A DNA stretch of 64,000 bases from an uncultured Candidatus Saccharibacteria bacterium. GTDB lineage: Bacteria > Patescibacteriota > Minisyncoccia > Phycocordibacterales > UBA2100. Made by a program: the position numbers and the translations under genes. The stretch covers positions 42,593 through 106,592 of the forward strand of contig CAYYEX010000005.1 of assembly GCA_964471165.1 (NCBI GenBank), written 5' to 3'. Below the pieces are notes generated by a model. That model did not search any database. It saw only the letters and a program-made list of their open reading frames with translations, and was not told where the DNA came from. Shown here one piece after another: positions 37,576 through 49,081 of this stretch (its first letter is position 1; each line of letters opens with the position of its first letter).

Positions 37576-38166
37576 TTATTGCCCTTTGGCGGCGATTGCA
37601 TTCACCTGTGCCAACCATTTTGCTTTGATATCTTCTGGAATGTTTTCAGCCGGACCATACCACTTTGTACGCACAGCAAACCCGGCGAACCACAAGATGC
37701 CCCATCGCAGTTGCGCATTTACGTTGCCCGGAAGGAAGCGCACGAGGAGCGGTTGCGTTCCACTCGTCATAAATATACGAGCAGTTTTTCCACGGAACAG
37801 TCTGTGCCAAAATATCGTACGCTTACCTGTTTTTGTTTTGATGTAGCGGAATGCAGAACCCGGCAACCACGCTCGGTCAAACAGGCCTTTCAAAATTGCA
37901 GGCATTCCAACCCACCACACCGGATACACAATTACAAAATGGTCCGACGTTGTGACAAGCTCCTGAAACCGTTTCAAGTCTGGTTCTAGTTCTTGCATTG
38001 CGCGGTAGCCTTTGTGCAAAATAGGATCAAACTGCATCTCGCCAATGTTCATGCGCTCAACAGTGTGCCCGGCTGCACGTGCGGCGGTCTCATAGGTATC
38101 TGCAATTTCCCCACAGATGCCGCTTTTATCTGGATGTCCGAGCAGCAAAAAAATTTTCCTTTGCAT
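37576..38166 (-). CDS. Flavodoxin-like fold NAD(P)H dehydrogenase (quinone) family protein
   Basis: KIFLLLGHPDKSGICGEIADTY...DHFVIVYPVWWVGMPAILKGLFDR matches the NQO1/MdaB-like Flavodoxin_2 family. Confidence 0.75.
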   Translation of the reverse strand: MQRKIFLLLGHPDKSGICGEIADTYETAARAAGHTVERMNIGEMQFDPILHKGYRAMQELEPDLKRFQELVTTSDHFVIVYPVWWVGMPAILKGLFDRAWLPGSAFRYIKTKTGKRTIFWHRLFRGKTARIFMTSGTQPLLVRFLPGNVNAQLRWGILWFAGFAVRTKWYGPAENIPEDIKAKWLAQVNAIAAKGQ

Positions 38167-38408
38167 GAAAAGAGTTATGTAAATGTGTTATTTAATATCA
38201 GTCGCCCGAATCGTCTTCTGGCGCCGCAGGATTTCCGAGACCATCCTCAATGATTCCGTCATTATCGGCATCCATTTTACGAGAGTCGTCTGGCCCGGCT
38301 TCTATCCCCCTGTCTCCTTGGTTTGGCGTGCTCATATATATGATTTCCTGTGCAGTACGCACATACGTAATGTATACCACATAGTTTCTGACACGCTGGT
38401 GAACAACT

Positions 38409-38708
38409 CTACGCTGCCGACGTTTTTGCCAATGATAAAAGTGCCGCCGGGTCGTCGCTTGAGGCTGTGCGATTGCGCCTGCGAATGCCACATCGTGCGC
38501 ATTGGTGAACTATGGTGTAATTGGGAGACGACCCTTCGAGCGCAATCGGCTCCATCGAGCCCCGACAGACTTGCGCCCTATCCCCCGGCTCAATATCAAC
38601 ATGCTTACTCCACAAACATTTTGGGCAATGATTCGTGTATCCACTGCCTGACACTGCGCAACCACAATGCTCACACGCGAAATCCTCGATTGTTCGGGTA
38701 AAGGCCAT
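38409..38708 (-). CDS. RNHCP domain-containing protein
   Basis: MAFTRTIEDFACEHCGCAVSGSGYTNHCPKCLWSKHVD matches the RNHCP zinc-ribbon signature; start placed at MAFTRT (38708). Confidence 0.7.
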   Translation of the reverse strand: MAFTRTIEDFACEHCGCAVSGSGYTNHCPKCLWSKHVDIEPGDRAQVCRGSMEPIALEGSSPNYTIVHQCARCGIRRRNRTASSDDPAALLSLAKTSAA

Positions 38709-38712
38709 AGAA

Positions 38713-40767
38713 CTACTGCACCGCAGCGGCTGTTGCTTGCGTAAACACGGTGCCATTCTGCGCGGTACACGCAATCATGAATCGCATAATGCCGCTCGAC
38801 GAAGCCATCACAATTTTCGAGCCTTCGTTTGTCGTTCCTATCGTTGTAGTCCCCGTCTTTGTGACCATAATGGTTCTGCACGGAATACTCGGATTTGTTC
38901 CCACGCTCGACCACGAAACTACAATGCGATTTCCAACATATGCGTTTTGCGGCTGCGCCACAATGGAAGCCACCGCCTGCTGTTGCGAAGCCTGAGATTG
39001 GTACTGAACCTGCTGAGCCGTCGGATTCTGAACGGGTGCCTGGGAAGTAGGCCGAAACATATTTCCAAAGGCAGATGACCCCGAACCACCTGAGTTCGTG
39101 GAATAACCGGTCGGTGTTGAGTACCCCGTTGGAGTGGAGTATCCGGTCTGGCCATCGTAAAACGGATTAGCCGCATTGAACGCACTTCCACCACCTGTGT
39201 ATGTGCCACTGCCGCTTGTAATTCCCGTAAATGGGGAGCCGTTCGTTGCCATGGAAGGTATCACGCTTCCGTTTCCACCGAGGCGCCGGTCAAGTTCGCC
39301 AAATACTCCAGCAACAGTTCCACCACTTCTGAATATCGAACTATTGTTATTGCATGCTGAATTACCGAGCGCGGAGCCGCACAGGGAGAACGCAGAATTG
39401 TTTGGGCCATTAACGTATGCGTTGTACATTCGCTGGTAGCCGCCTTCTCCAAATACGTGGATTGCATACTGACAGGATGTAAGCGTGAGACCCGCCTGTG
39501 TGCACGAGGTGCCGTACTTTTCAGCAAATTGATTCATCTTTGCGTTCATCACGTGAGTCGAGATAGTGGGGTCATTTCGATAGTTGCAATCGGAATACTG
39601 ACCGTTGCCGGTGGAGTTTGCGTACGCCTGCCATGTTGGGCATAGAAAGTGGTACGGGCCTTGAACAGAGGAAAGCGGGTTGCTGTTAATGCGACCGCAG
39701 CTACTTTCAGCTCGCATAATATTTCCTGCAAGACCCTCCACGCCACACTGCTGTGGTAAGCCAGATGAAACTTTCGCCTCCTGCTCAAACGTATTTTCTC
39801 GCAGTAGCCGCTGCTGTTCTGCAATTTCCTTAGCTTCGTCGGGTGTAATTTGTTTTGGCGGCGCCATTTCCGCAATACTCTTCATAGTATCCTCGTTGAG
39901 GTTCAACTCTTTCGCAATTGCCTGCGCTCCTGCGGTGTCGTTTGAAAGCGACTTTTGAATCATTTCTTTTATCTTATCGGAATCACTTTCGACAAGCGCC
40001 TTAGCCTGATCAGGCGGCACTTTGTATTTTTCCGTCAGCATCTGCGCGAGCGCATCCGAATCCTTTGGTGTCTCCGGCGGTTTAGCAACGCCTGTCTCAT
40101 CAGGCTGTGGTGTTTCGGCCGGCTTCGACGCGGTTACCGTCGAATCAAGCGTCTCCTCTTTTGGTGCAGGCGATGGAGACCCGAGTCTGCTGAATTGGTC
40201 AAAACCAGGATCAAGTCCGTTTTTTCCGTTGGTCGTAAACGCCTTTATCGCATTTTCGACGTTTGGGTCGCAACGAGACTTCGGCCCTTCAACTCTTTCG
40301 TTGGTAAGTACGGCAGGAATTGTGTAGCCGAGAGCTTTTCCCGCAATTGCCTCAAACGTACCGATAGGAACGGACTTGGCCGTCACAGAGGGCAGCCCCT
40401 TTCCGTTTCTGCAACTTCGCGCTTCAAATGGCTTATCGAGAGGTGAATATACATTTTTTACCTTGGCAGGGTCGGGCTTTTGGCCGCCACAATGGTCTTT
40501 CGCCGTCGTAACAATCTTTAATTTTTTGTCCTGTGCACTGATGGTAAGCACCACATCAAAACACGCATTCGGACATACTACTTTCTGTTTGAGAAAGTTA
40601 TCCATGACAGAGGCGTCGCTATTATCGTCCACGAAGAAATTTATTCCAGACGGGTTTCCCGTTTTGCCCTGGCACAGCTTATCGAGCGCTGCATCTGCAG
40701 ATGCGGCATATGGAAATACCAGCATGGATACCGCAACAAAAAAGATTCCTGCGCGCATTCTCTGCAT
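38713..40767 (-). CDS. Large secreted protein with Ser/Thr/Gly-rich low-complexity tail and tandem PTGYST repeats; central region with possible lysozyme-like (SLT-like) motifs
   Basis: 684 aa; signal peptide MQRMRAGIFFVAVSMLVFPYAASADA; central ES...YNAYVNG motif spacing weakly resembles lytic transglycosylase family 1; C-terminal ~250 aa are S/T/G/N-rich with (PTGYST)x3. Confidence 0.55.
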   Translation of the reverse strand: MQRMRAGIFFVAVSMLVFPYAASADAALDKLCQGKTGNPSGINFFVDDNSDASVMDNFLKQKVVCPNACFDVVLTISAQDKKLKIVTTAKDHCGGQKPDPAKVKNVYSPLDKPFEARSCRNGKGLPSVTAKSVPIGTFEAIAGKALGYTIPAVLTNERVEGPKSRCDPNVENAIKAFTTNGKNGLDPGFDQFSRLGSPSPAPKEETLDSTVTASKPAETPQPDETGVAKPPETPKDSDALAQMLTEKYKVPPDQAKALVESDSDKIKEMIQKSLSNDTAGAQAIAKELNLNEDTMKSIAEMAPPKQITPDEAKEIAEQQRLLRENTFEQEAKVSSGLPQQCGVEGLAGNIMRAESSCGRINSNPLSSVQGPYHFLCPTWQAYANSTGNGQYSDCNYRNDPTISTHVMNAKMNQFAEKYGTSCTQAGLTLTSCQYAIHVFGEGGYQRMYNAYVNGPNNSAFSLCGSALGNSACNNNSSIFRSGGTVAGVFGELDRRLGGNGSVIPSMATNGSPFTGITSGSGTYTGGGSAFNAANPFYDGQTGYSTPTGYSTPTGYSTNSGGSGSSAFGNMFRPTSQAPVQNPTAQQVQYQSQASQQQAVASIVAQPQNAYVGNRIVVSWSSVGTNPSIPCRTIMVTKTGTTTIGTTNEGSKIVMASSSGIMRFMIACTAQNGTVFTQATAAAVQ
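39098..39152. repeat. Three imperfect 18-nt tandem repeats encoding (PTGYST)x3 within the secreted protein gene
   Basis: ggaataaccggtcggtgtt / gagtaccccgttggagtg / gagtatccggtctggcc on the plus strand, in the minus-strand CDS. Confidence 0.7.
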
Positions 40768-40812
40768 TGTACCGTTACGAGGGCTCGCTACGGTGTTGGT
40801 ATGTGGAGAAGC

Positions 40813-42129
40813 CTACTGTCGAGTAAACATTCTCATCATGCTTTCAAAAAGTGTTCGGAATGACGCGATAATAGAAAGAAATGTCTGCGTTGTCTGTGGT
40901 GAGAGTGCCTGCTCGCTCTGCACTATTGTTTGCTGCTGGAATGTATTTTCCTGTGGCGCTGTTGCTGAATAGCTAACAGGATTATTGGGGCGTGGAATAG
41001 TTCCTGCACCCACCACCTCAGCTGAGTTTGCCTGCATCTGCGCCACATCATCGTATTGAGATACAGCCATTAAGGACACATTACTAGTGTCATAAAGAGC
41101 TGCAGGAGCCGGGCTCTGCTGTTGAACAACAGGGCGAGACCCCGCGGATTGTGGCGTGGAGAACAAATCAATGAGTGCCTGTGCCGTGCTTTGAACAACT
41201 CGTATTCCCGATGTTGCGCTCGATTGCTGGAAGAGCGAAGAGAGCATCGTGCTCGACGGAGTGCCTTGAGTGGGAACGGGTGCCTGCGGCAGCGGTGCCC
41301 CGTAATATCCAGGGTCTGCGTAGGCAGGCGCGCCTGTGTAAACCTGCGAGCCATTCCCGACTGCGCCACCCCCGGAACTTCCCCCAGTAGAACCACCAGT
41401 CGGCGAGGATTGCGGTTCCTGGTACGACTGTCCCGGAGATTGCCCTGGGCTCTGCATTCCTTGCAGCGGATTCTGTGGCGCAAGACTCATCGGCGGAATA
41501 TGCTGCGCACTCACAGGAGTGCCCTCTTCTTTTGGCTGTCCTCCACACGGAGCGAGTGCTGATGCGGCATCGCCTGACTGCCTTGGAATACCAGCGATTT
41601 GAGTCCAATCTTTAGGCGCACGATTGGGATTTTTTGTAATGTAGTTCATTGCAAACTCCGCTGAATACCCATTGAAGTTTCCTACCGCAATATCCATTTT
41701 GTCGGTTCGCGCTTTTCCATCGCAGAATTGACGTACGAATGCACACGAACAAGTCCCATTGAAGGCGCAACCGGTGTCGTGCACATAGCCAACCACGTTA
41801 CTGAGCGTGTGCGTCTTTCCGTCGCCACCATTGCCAGGCGGCGAAGTGTACGTGACTGTGCCAATGCAATAGTAGCGGCCTTTCATTGAGGAGGCGGATG
41901 CGAGCGTTACGTACTTAGACTTACCGAGTCGCACGTCGTCGAGCGTATGTATTCCATTCGATGAACCTTCCGCATCTTTCTGTGATGCAGTCATCGGCCC
42001 TTGCATTTTCCCTGATGCTCCCGGGCCGTAAAACGTCCAGTTAATTGTGTTTGCGGCGTCCGCACTGGAATAAACAAAGAAAATGAGCAATACGACTGAA
42101 TACAAAATCACCCGTGGCATTACACACAT
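40813..42129 (-). CDS. Secreted hypothetical protein with Cys-rich N-domain and Pro/Gln/Ser/Gly-rich low-complexity C-terminus
   Basis: Start placed at MCVMPRVILYSVVLLIFFVYSSADA (signal peptide); the tracked ORF extends to 42285, overlapping atpC. Repeats QSPGQSPGQS and GGSTGGSSGGG. Confidence 0.5.
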   Translation of the reverse strand: MCVMPRVILYSVVLLIFFVYSSADAANTINWTFYGPGASGKMQGPMTASQKDAEGSSNGIHTLDDVRLGKSKYVTLASASSMKGRYYCIGTVTYTSPPGNGGDGKTHTLSNVVGYVHDTGCAFNGTCSCAFVRQFCDGKARTDKMDIAVGNFNGYSAEFAMNYITKNPNRAPKDWTQIAGIPRQSGDAASALAPCGGQPKEEGTPVSAQHIPPMSLAPQNPLQGMQSPGQSPGQSYQEPQSSPTGGSTGGSSGGGAVGNGSQVYTGAPAYADPGYYGAPLPQAPVPTQGTPSSTMLSSLFQQSSATSGIRVVQSTAQALIDLFSTPQSAGSRPVVQQQSPAPAALYDTSNVSLMAVSQYDDVAQMQANSAEVVGAGTIPRPNNPVSYSATAPQENTFQQQTIVQSEQALSPQTTQTFLSIIASFRTLFESMMRMFTRQ

Positions 42130-42184
42130 TGTACCGTTACTTGTGCGGCTACAGTTTGCCGCATGTGGAGAATTTCGCACCCGC

Positions 42185-42433
42185 CTACAACAACACGACA
42201 ACGCGATTCGACGAGCACTCGAGCACACCACTTTCAATATCAAACTTTTGCACAATACCCTCCTGGTTCCTGACCGATATGGCACCCTTGTTGAGAGTGG
42301 TTACGATTGGCTCATGGTGCGGGAGAATTGTCATCTCACCAGCGGAGCCTGGCACAATAACGGACTGCGCGCGGCTATCAAAGAGGGTTTCGCCCACGCT
42401 AGCGACCACGAGATGAAACGTGTTCTCTGACAT
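42185..42433 (-). CDS. atpC: F1 ATP synthase epsilon subunit, N-terminal beta-sandwich only (82 aa)
   Basis: Consensus-like N-domain (HLVVASVGETLFD...ILPHHEPIVTTL). Ends about 50 residues short of typical bacterial epsilon, so no C-terminal helical hairpin. Confidence 0.8.
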   Translation of the reverse strand: MSENTFHLVVASVGETLFDSRAQSVIVPGSAGEMTILPHHEPIVTTLNKGAISVRNQEGIVQKFDIESGVLECSSNRVVVLL

Positions 42434-42438
42434 ACCAC

Positions 42439-44239
<1,801 letters not shown>

Positions 44240-44243
<4 letters not shown>

Positions 44244-44839
44244 ACAAACTCTTTTAGCAGTATCTCTCTGGCCTGTTTCAAGGCTCGGCCGCGATGACTG
44301 ACCGTATCGATGAGCTCGTCATCGAGTTCGCCAAACGCCTTCCCTAAATCATTGGAAATAAACAACTGATCAAAACCGAATCCTTTTTCACCATGCGGTT
44401 CAGTGGCAAGGACACCCTCGGTAACCCCATATCCAAAACGGACCTTGTCGCTACGCGGGTCGTATATCGCAATCACGTCCCGGTATCTGCATGTGCGCTT
44501 ATCCGCGGGCACATCTTTCATCATCTCTAGAAGCTGAACGAGTCTTTCCGCGCGATTCCCCGTGAATGAATACGCAGTCTGAACACCCATAGCTTCCGGA
44601 AACGCATCGATCTCAAGACCAGAGTCGTCGGCAACAGTAATCATCTGCGAATGCTTTCCATATACGAACGCCTTGATAAGCGCATTCGCTTCGTACGTAG
44701 TACCGGGCTCAGCAACGTTGAATCCGTCAGGCAGCGTCAAGTCATTGAGTGTCCGTATTTGAAATGGAATGTCTTTCAGTCCCGCAATAAGCTGCGGGAT
44801 TTTTCCCTTATTTGCAGTCGCTAAAAGGAGCTCCCTCAT
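44240..44839 (-). CDS. rdgB: Non-canonical purine NTP pyrophosphatase (RdgB/Ham1/ITPase family)
   Basis: ATANKGKIPQL, ADDSGLEIDAF, LEMMKDVP and TVSHRGRAL motifs align along the whole length with E. coli RdgB. Confidence 0.85.
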
Positions 44840-44844
44840 ACAAA

Positions 44845-45288
44845 TTATTTATTGTCGAACCCGTAGTTACTGAACGGCTCACCGTCCGCGATGCATTTGA
44901 GCGCCTGCTGAACGTACGGAATTGTATTCGATGGCAAGTCTGTGGCGGCGTACCACCAGAGGTCCGAGCACTTTTCTGGTTCCATGTTTTTAAGTTCCCC
45001 CGTCCAGGAATCCGCGGTAATGTACACGTCGAAATACGTTCTGTCTGGGTACTGTCGCTGCATCACATGAACAATCTCTAAGTTGCTCTCGGAAATGTCG
45101 AGATTCGTCTCTTCCATCACTTCACGAATAAGCGCCTGTTCAGCGGTTTCTCCGCGCTCAATGTGCCCCGAAACGAGTCCATAGTTTCCATCTTCGTGCC
45201 CGGTATTCTTGCGCTGTGAAAGCAATACCTGGTCTTCGTATCTTAGGACCAGAAACACTGCACCAAAAAACAGAAACTTATCAGACAT
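44845..45288 (-). CDS. NUDIX hydrolase, inside the atp operon
   Basis: Nudix box SGHIERGETAEQALIREVMEETNL; MEPEKCSDLWWY motif is paralogous to GEPEKCSNVGWF in the NUDIX at 43821..44243. 3-nt gap to atpG. Confidence 0.8.
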   Translation of the reverse strand: MSDKFLFFGAVFLVLRYEDQVLLSQRKNTGHEDGNYGLVSGHIERGETAEQALIREVMEETNLDISESNLEIVHVMQRQYPDRTYFDVYITADSWTGELKNMEPEKCSDLWWYAATDLPSNTIPYVQQALKCIADGEPFSNYGFDNK

Positions 45289-45291
45289 GGC

Positions 45292-46206
45292 TTATCGCAT
45301 TGCTTCCATGCCAGATGTAATTTCAGATACTTCGCGCGTAATTGCAGCCTGACGAACTTTGTTGAAAAGTCGTGTGAGATTGTGTGCCATTTCTTTTGCC
45401 TTGTCGGTTGCGCTCTTCATCGAAACCATTCGCGCAGAGTGCTCGGATGCCTTGCTCTCGAGGAGCCCGTGGTACACAGCAATGTTGAGCAGCTTCGGAA
45501 GAAGTACCGCGAGCACCGCGTCTGCATCCGGTTCAATTTCATAGGAAGCAGGTGCAGCACTTACTTCTCCGGACGGGGCGTATTTTCCACGTGCTGGTCG
45601 GATTCCCTTTACGGTCTCGCGCATGAGTTCCGCAGAAATAGGAACGATTTGCCGCACGATTGGTTCCTGCTCAAACGTGGAAACGAAGTTTTGGTACGCA
45701 ATGATTGCCGTACCAATTTCGCTCGATTGATGCCACGAAAGAATGAGGTCAGTCACCGAACGCATTTCAGACTCGGTTACGTCGTCACGCTTGTTGAGCT
45801 CGCGCAGACGCACATCGTAGCCGCGATTGTGAAAATGGTCCCCTCCGCGCCGGCCAATGCACGCCATCACGATGTCCTCTTTTGAAAGTCCTCGAGCCGC
45901 AATCTCATTCTCCACCTTGCGAATCACTGCGCTATTGAGCGAGCCTGCGAGACCTTTGTCTGAGGTTACAACGATGAATGCAGTTTTCCCTGCGCGCGCA
46001 CTCATGAGTGCGTGACGCGACATGTCTGCAGTACTTGAAATGCGCTCAAGCACCGTGAGTGCCGCAGCGGCATAGGAGCGGCCAGAAAGCGCACGCTCCT
46101 GAGCCTTGCGCATCTTTACCGCCGACACCGCCTCCATGGCATGCGTAACAGTTCCCGTTTTTTTGTACGAGATGATTTTTGATTTGATTGCTTTCAGGTT
46201 CGCCAT
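45292..46206 (-). CDS. atpG: F1 ATP synthase gamma subunit
   Basis: MANLKAIKSKIISYKKTGTVTHAMEAVSAVKMRKAQE N-terminal helix; start placed at MANLK (46206). The tracked ORF reads through the upstream heptad repeats. Confidence 0.9.
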   Translation of the reverse strand: MANLKAIKSKIISYKKTGTVTHAMEAVSAVKMRKAQERALSGRSYAAAALTVLERISSTADMSRHALMSARAGKTAFIVVTSDKGLAGSLNSAVIRKVENEIAARGLSKEDIVMACIGRRGGDHFHNRGYDVRLRELNKRDDVTESEMRSVTDLILSWHQSSEIGTAIIAYQNFVSTFEQEPIVRQIVPISAELMRETVKGIRPARGKYAPSGEVSAAPASYEIEPDADAVLAVLLPKLLNIAVYHGLLESKASEHSARMVSMKSATDKAKEMAHNLTRLFNKVRQAAITREVSEITSGMEAMR

Positions 46207-46300
46207 AGGTAGGTTGTAGGTTTTAGGTTGTAGGTTGTAGGTTGTAGTGATTCGTATTTCATTCGCTCGCACTATTCCCAATCACCTATTCCCTATACCC
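46207..46300. repeat. TAGG-based heptad tandem repeats (TAGGTTG x5 on plus, then TAGGGAA/TAGGTGA/TTGGGAA on minus) in the atpA-atpG spacer
   Basis: 46207-46247 reads taggttg taggttt taggttg taggttg taggttg tag. 46272-46300 is the reverse complement of tagggaa taggtga ttgggaa tag. The second block overlaps the atpA stop. Confidence 0.8.
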
Positions 46301-47864
46301 GTATTGTGAACAGTTCCGGGTGAGCGAGTTTAAACTCCTCGCCAGCTTTAAGAATCGCCTCTTTTGATTCGTCGGAGAGCACGGCACTCGTCTTGATTGT
46401 CTCGAGCACGTGTGAGTACTGCCCGTCCATAAATTCCATAAACAGTCGCTCCACCTCAACAACCTTGTTGACCGGCGCCTGATGCAGGAATCCCTTACCA
46501 GCGATAAATATCATCGCCACCTGCTTCTCGAGTGGAATTGGGTGTCCATTTTTCTGCTTGAGCACCTCTACCATGCGCTGTCCAGATGCGATGCGGTCTG
46601 CTGTCGCCTTGTCGAGGTCGGACGCGAATTGCATGAACGCCTCAAGTTCGCGGAACTGCGCGAGTTCGAGCTTGAGTCCTCCTGCTACTGATTTCATGGA
46701 CTTCGTTTGTGCTGCGGAGCCAACGCGTGATACCGAGATGCCCACATCGATTGCCGGTCGAATACCCTTGTTGAAGAGTTCGGCAGTTACGAACATTTGC
46801 CCGTCAGTGATTGAAATCACGTTGGTTGGGATGTAACCAGAAACGTCGCCTTCCTGCGTTTCAACAATCGGCAACGCCGTGATTGAGCCACCTCCCTTTG
46901 CTTCAGAGAGTCGTGCTGCACGTTCCAACAAGCGTGAATGCAAATAGAACACATCGCCCGGATACGCTTCGCGGCCTGGTGGGCGTCGGAGCAGGAGTGA
47001 GAGCTCACGGTATGCAACAGCCTGCTTAGAAAGGTCGTCGTAGATGATAAGCACGTCCTTTCCCTTATCCATAAAGTACTCGCCGATAGAAACGCCGGAG
47101 AACGGCGCGAGATACTGCAGAGCAGCTGGAGCAGATGCTGGAGCATCCACAATGATTGTGTATTCGAGTGCACCCGTCTCGCGCAATTGCTGCACTATGC
47201 GCGCGGTCTTTGATTCCTTCTGGCCGATGGCCACATAGATACAAATTGGACGCTTGTCTGCTGGTTCATTTTTCTGGTTGATGATTGCATCGATTGCAAC
47301 AGTTGTTTTGCCAGTGCCGCGGTCGCCAATGATGAGCTCGCGCTGTCCTCGGCCGATTGGAATCATCGCGTCGATTGCCTTAATGCCCGTCTGGAGCGGA
47401 ACGGATACGGATTTTCGGTCGATGACGCCCGACGCCTCACGCTCAACGGGCATCATTGTTGTGTTTGTGAATGGTCCCTTGCCATCGATTGGCTCTCCAA
47501 GCACATTCACCACACGGCCAAGCATGCTCTCGCCTGCGGGAATAGAGAGCACCTTGCCGGTCGATTTGACGGTCATGCCTTCTTTCACGCGCGCGGTGTC
47601 GCCAAGAATCGTTGCGCGCACACCATCTTCTTCAAGGTTGAGAATCAAGCCCCAAAGTACCGACGATTCCTCCACAGCGTCTGCAAGCTTTTTTCCTTTC
47701 TCTTCGTCGAAGATGATGATTTCCGACATCACCGACTTTGAAAGTCCGTCGATTGCGACAACGCCGTCACCGACAGAAACCACGCGGCCAACATGTTCGC
47801 CGTGCGTCTTCGGAGAGAGGTGTTCAATCTCTTTGATGATTTTCTGTACCGTTGATGAGTCCAT
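46293..47864 (-). CDS. atpA: F1 ATP synthase alpha subunit
   Basis: P-loop [13 protein letters not shown]; 523 aa. Confidence 0.95.
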   Translation of the reverse strand: MDSSTVQKIIKEIEHLSPKTHGEHVGRVVSVGDGVVAIDGLSKSVMSEIIIFDEEKGKKLADAVEESSVLWGLILNLEEDGVRATILGDTARVKEGMTVKSTGKVLSIPAGESMLGRVVNVLGEPIDGKGPFTNTTMMPVEREASGVIDRKSVSVPLQTGIKAIDAMIPIGRGQRELIIGDRGTGKTTVAIDAIINQKNEPADKRPICIYVAIGQKESKTARIVQQLRETGALEYTIIVDAPASAPAALQYLAPFSGVSIGEYFMDKGKDVLIIYDDLSKQAVAYRELSLLLRRPPGREAYPGDVFYLHSRLLERAARLSEAKGGGSITALPIVETQEGDVSGYIPTNVISITDGQMFVTAELFNKGIRPAIDVGISVSRVGSAAQTKSMKSVAGGLKLELAQFRELEAFMQFASDLDKATADRIASGQRMVEVLKQKNGHPIPLEKQVAMIFIAGKGFLHQAPVNKVVEVERLFMEFMDGQYSHVLETIKTSAVLSDESKEAILKAGEEFKLAHPELFTIRV

Positions 47865-47890
47865 AGTGCTGTTGTTAAGTTTTTTCGCTG

Positions 47891-48280
47891 TTATACGCGC
47901 GTGACGCTGTTATATAGATCGAGTAACTGCTTCTTGTGAGATGCGTCCACGAGCTTCTCGTTGCCCTCGAGGCGCCAGCCGCCGATTAATGTATCGTCGA
48001 CTTGCGTCTTGAGGTTATCGACGTCGATGTCGAGATCCCCCGTGAGCGCCTTCATTTCCTTCTTTGCGTGCGCCAAATCCTGTTCACGCGCAACCGAAAG
48101 GGTGTAATCAGTCTTGCGCGCCTCGCGTTGTGCAATGCGTTCAAACGCATGCGCCACGCGCGGCATGAGGATTACACGACCCTCTTTTTCAAGTCGGTCG
48201 TGAATCGCGTGCACGGCAACCTTTGCATCCATCCCGTTTTTTACGAGCTGCCACAAAGCCTGTGCGTACACTTTTTCCAT
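47891..48280 (-). CDS. atpH: F1 ATP synthase delta (OSCP) subunit, short form (129 aa)
   Basis: C-terminal OSCP-like region with TLIGGWRLE (cf. the conserved LIGG motif); about 50 residues shorter than typical delta. Confidence 0.7.
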   Translation of the reverse strand: MEKVYAQALWQLVKNGMDAKVAVHAIHDRLEKEGRVILMPRVAHAFERIAQREARKTDYTLSVAREQDLAHAKKEMKALTGDLDIDVDNLKTQVDDTLIGGWRLEGNEKLVDASHKKQLLDLYNSVTRV

Positions 48281-48286
48281 ACCCGT

Positions 48287-48739
48287 TTACTTCGCCGCCT
48301 CCTTTCGAAGGATTCTTTCTGCTGCCAAAACCGCAGCGCGGGTAATTTCTTTTTCACTCTCCATGAGCGCCAATCGCTTAGCCTCTTCGGCGCGCGACGT
48401 GGCGTCTGCCATCACTGCGTGCGCCTTGTGCTCAGCCTCTTTCACCAATTCAAGTCCTTTTTCATCGGCTCGTGCGCGAGCGGCAGCCACAAGTGCCTCC
48501 GCTTCGCGAGCGGCATTGCCAACAATCCCCTCACCCTGTTCTTTGGAGTGCGCGAGCACGCGGTCAGCCTCTTGGGCAGAACGCACACCTTCGGCAACCA
48601 TTTCCTGACGCTTTTTGATCATGTTCATGACCGGCGTGTAGAGGAAATAGGTCAAGCCTCCGAGCAGCACGGCAAAGTTCACCGCCTGAATAATCAGGAG
48701 GCGCAGATCCAAACCAAATGCTGATACGAGACCTTCCAT
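48287..48739 (-). CDS. atpF: Fo ATP synthase b subunit
   Basis: Single N-terminal TM helix followed by a long charged coiled coil; 150 aa; sits between atpE and atpH. Confidence 0.85.
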   Translation of the reverse strand: MEGLVSAFGLDLRLLIIQAVNFAVLLGGLTYFLYTPVMNMIKKRQEMVAEGVRSAQEADRVLAHSKEQGEGIVGNAAREAEALVAAARARADEKGLELVKEAEHKAHAVMADATSRAEEAKRLALMESEKEITRAAVLAAERILRKEAAK

Positions 48740-48754
48740 AACAGAGTGCAGGGG

Positions 48755-48982
48755 TTAAACGAACTTAATAATGAATGCGACAACGAGTGCGAGAATACCG
48801 AGCGCCTCAGAGAAAACGATAGGAAGAATCATGTTTGAAACGATTTTTCCTGCCGCATCCGGATTGCGTCCGATTGCCTCCATTGCACCTGCGCCAATGA
48901 GACCCACGCCGATACCAGGCCCGAGCACGCCGAAGCCTGCTGCAATCGCCATACCGATGAGTCGTGCTGATTCCATGTCCAT
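48755..48982 (-). CDS. atpE: Fo ATP synthase c subunit
   Basis: Two-helix hairpin; GxGxGxG helix 1 (GVLGPGIGVGLIGAGA); carboxylate in helix 2 (VFSEALGI); 75 aa. Confidence 0.9.
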   Translation of the reverse strand: MDMESARLIGMAIAAGFGVLGPGIGVGLIGAGAMEAIGRNPDAAGKIVSNMILPIVFSEALGILALVVAFIIKFV

Positions 48983-49081
48983 AGGATTGGTAGTCTATTT
49001 TCTAATAATTTATTCGGCCTTACTTTATCACAAAGCCGCACTGAAGCCACCAGAGTGAAAGCCTTCTTTCACTCGTAAAAA

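Noticed and set aside
38198-38491. 97-aa minus-strand ORF with an acidic C-terminal half
   Set aside because: No recognisable features. Its N-terminal half overlaps the RNHCP gene frame region. It could hide a ~45-aa acidic peptide (MSTPNQGD...) but there is no RBS or promoter support.
47254-48724. Plus-strand ORFs of 216 aa and 240 aa
   Set aside because: Antisense to atpA, atpH and atpF, all of which have clear conserved motifs.
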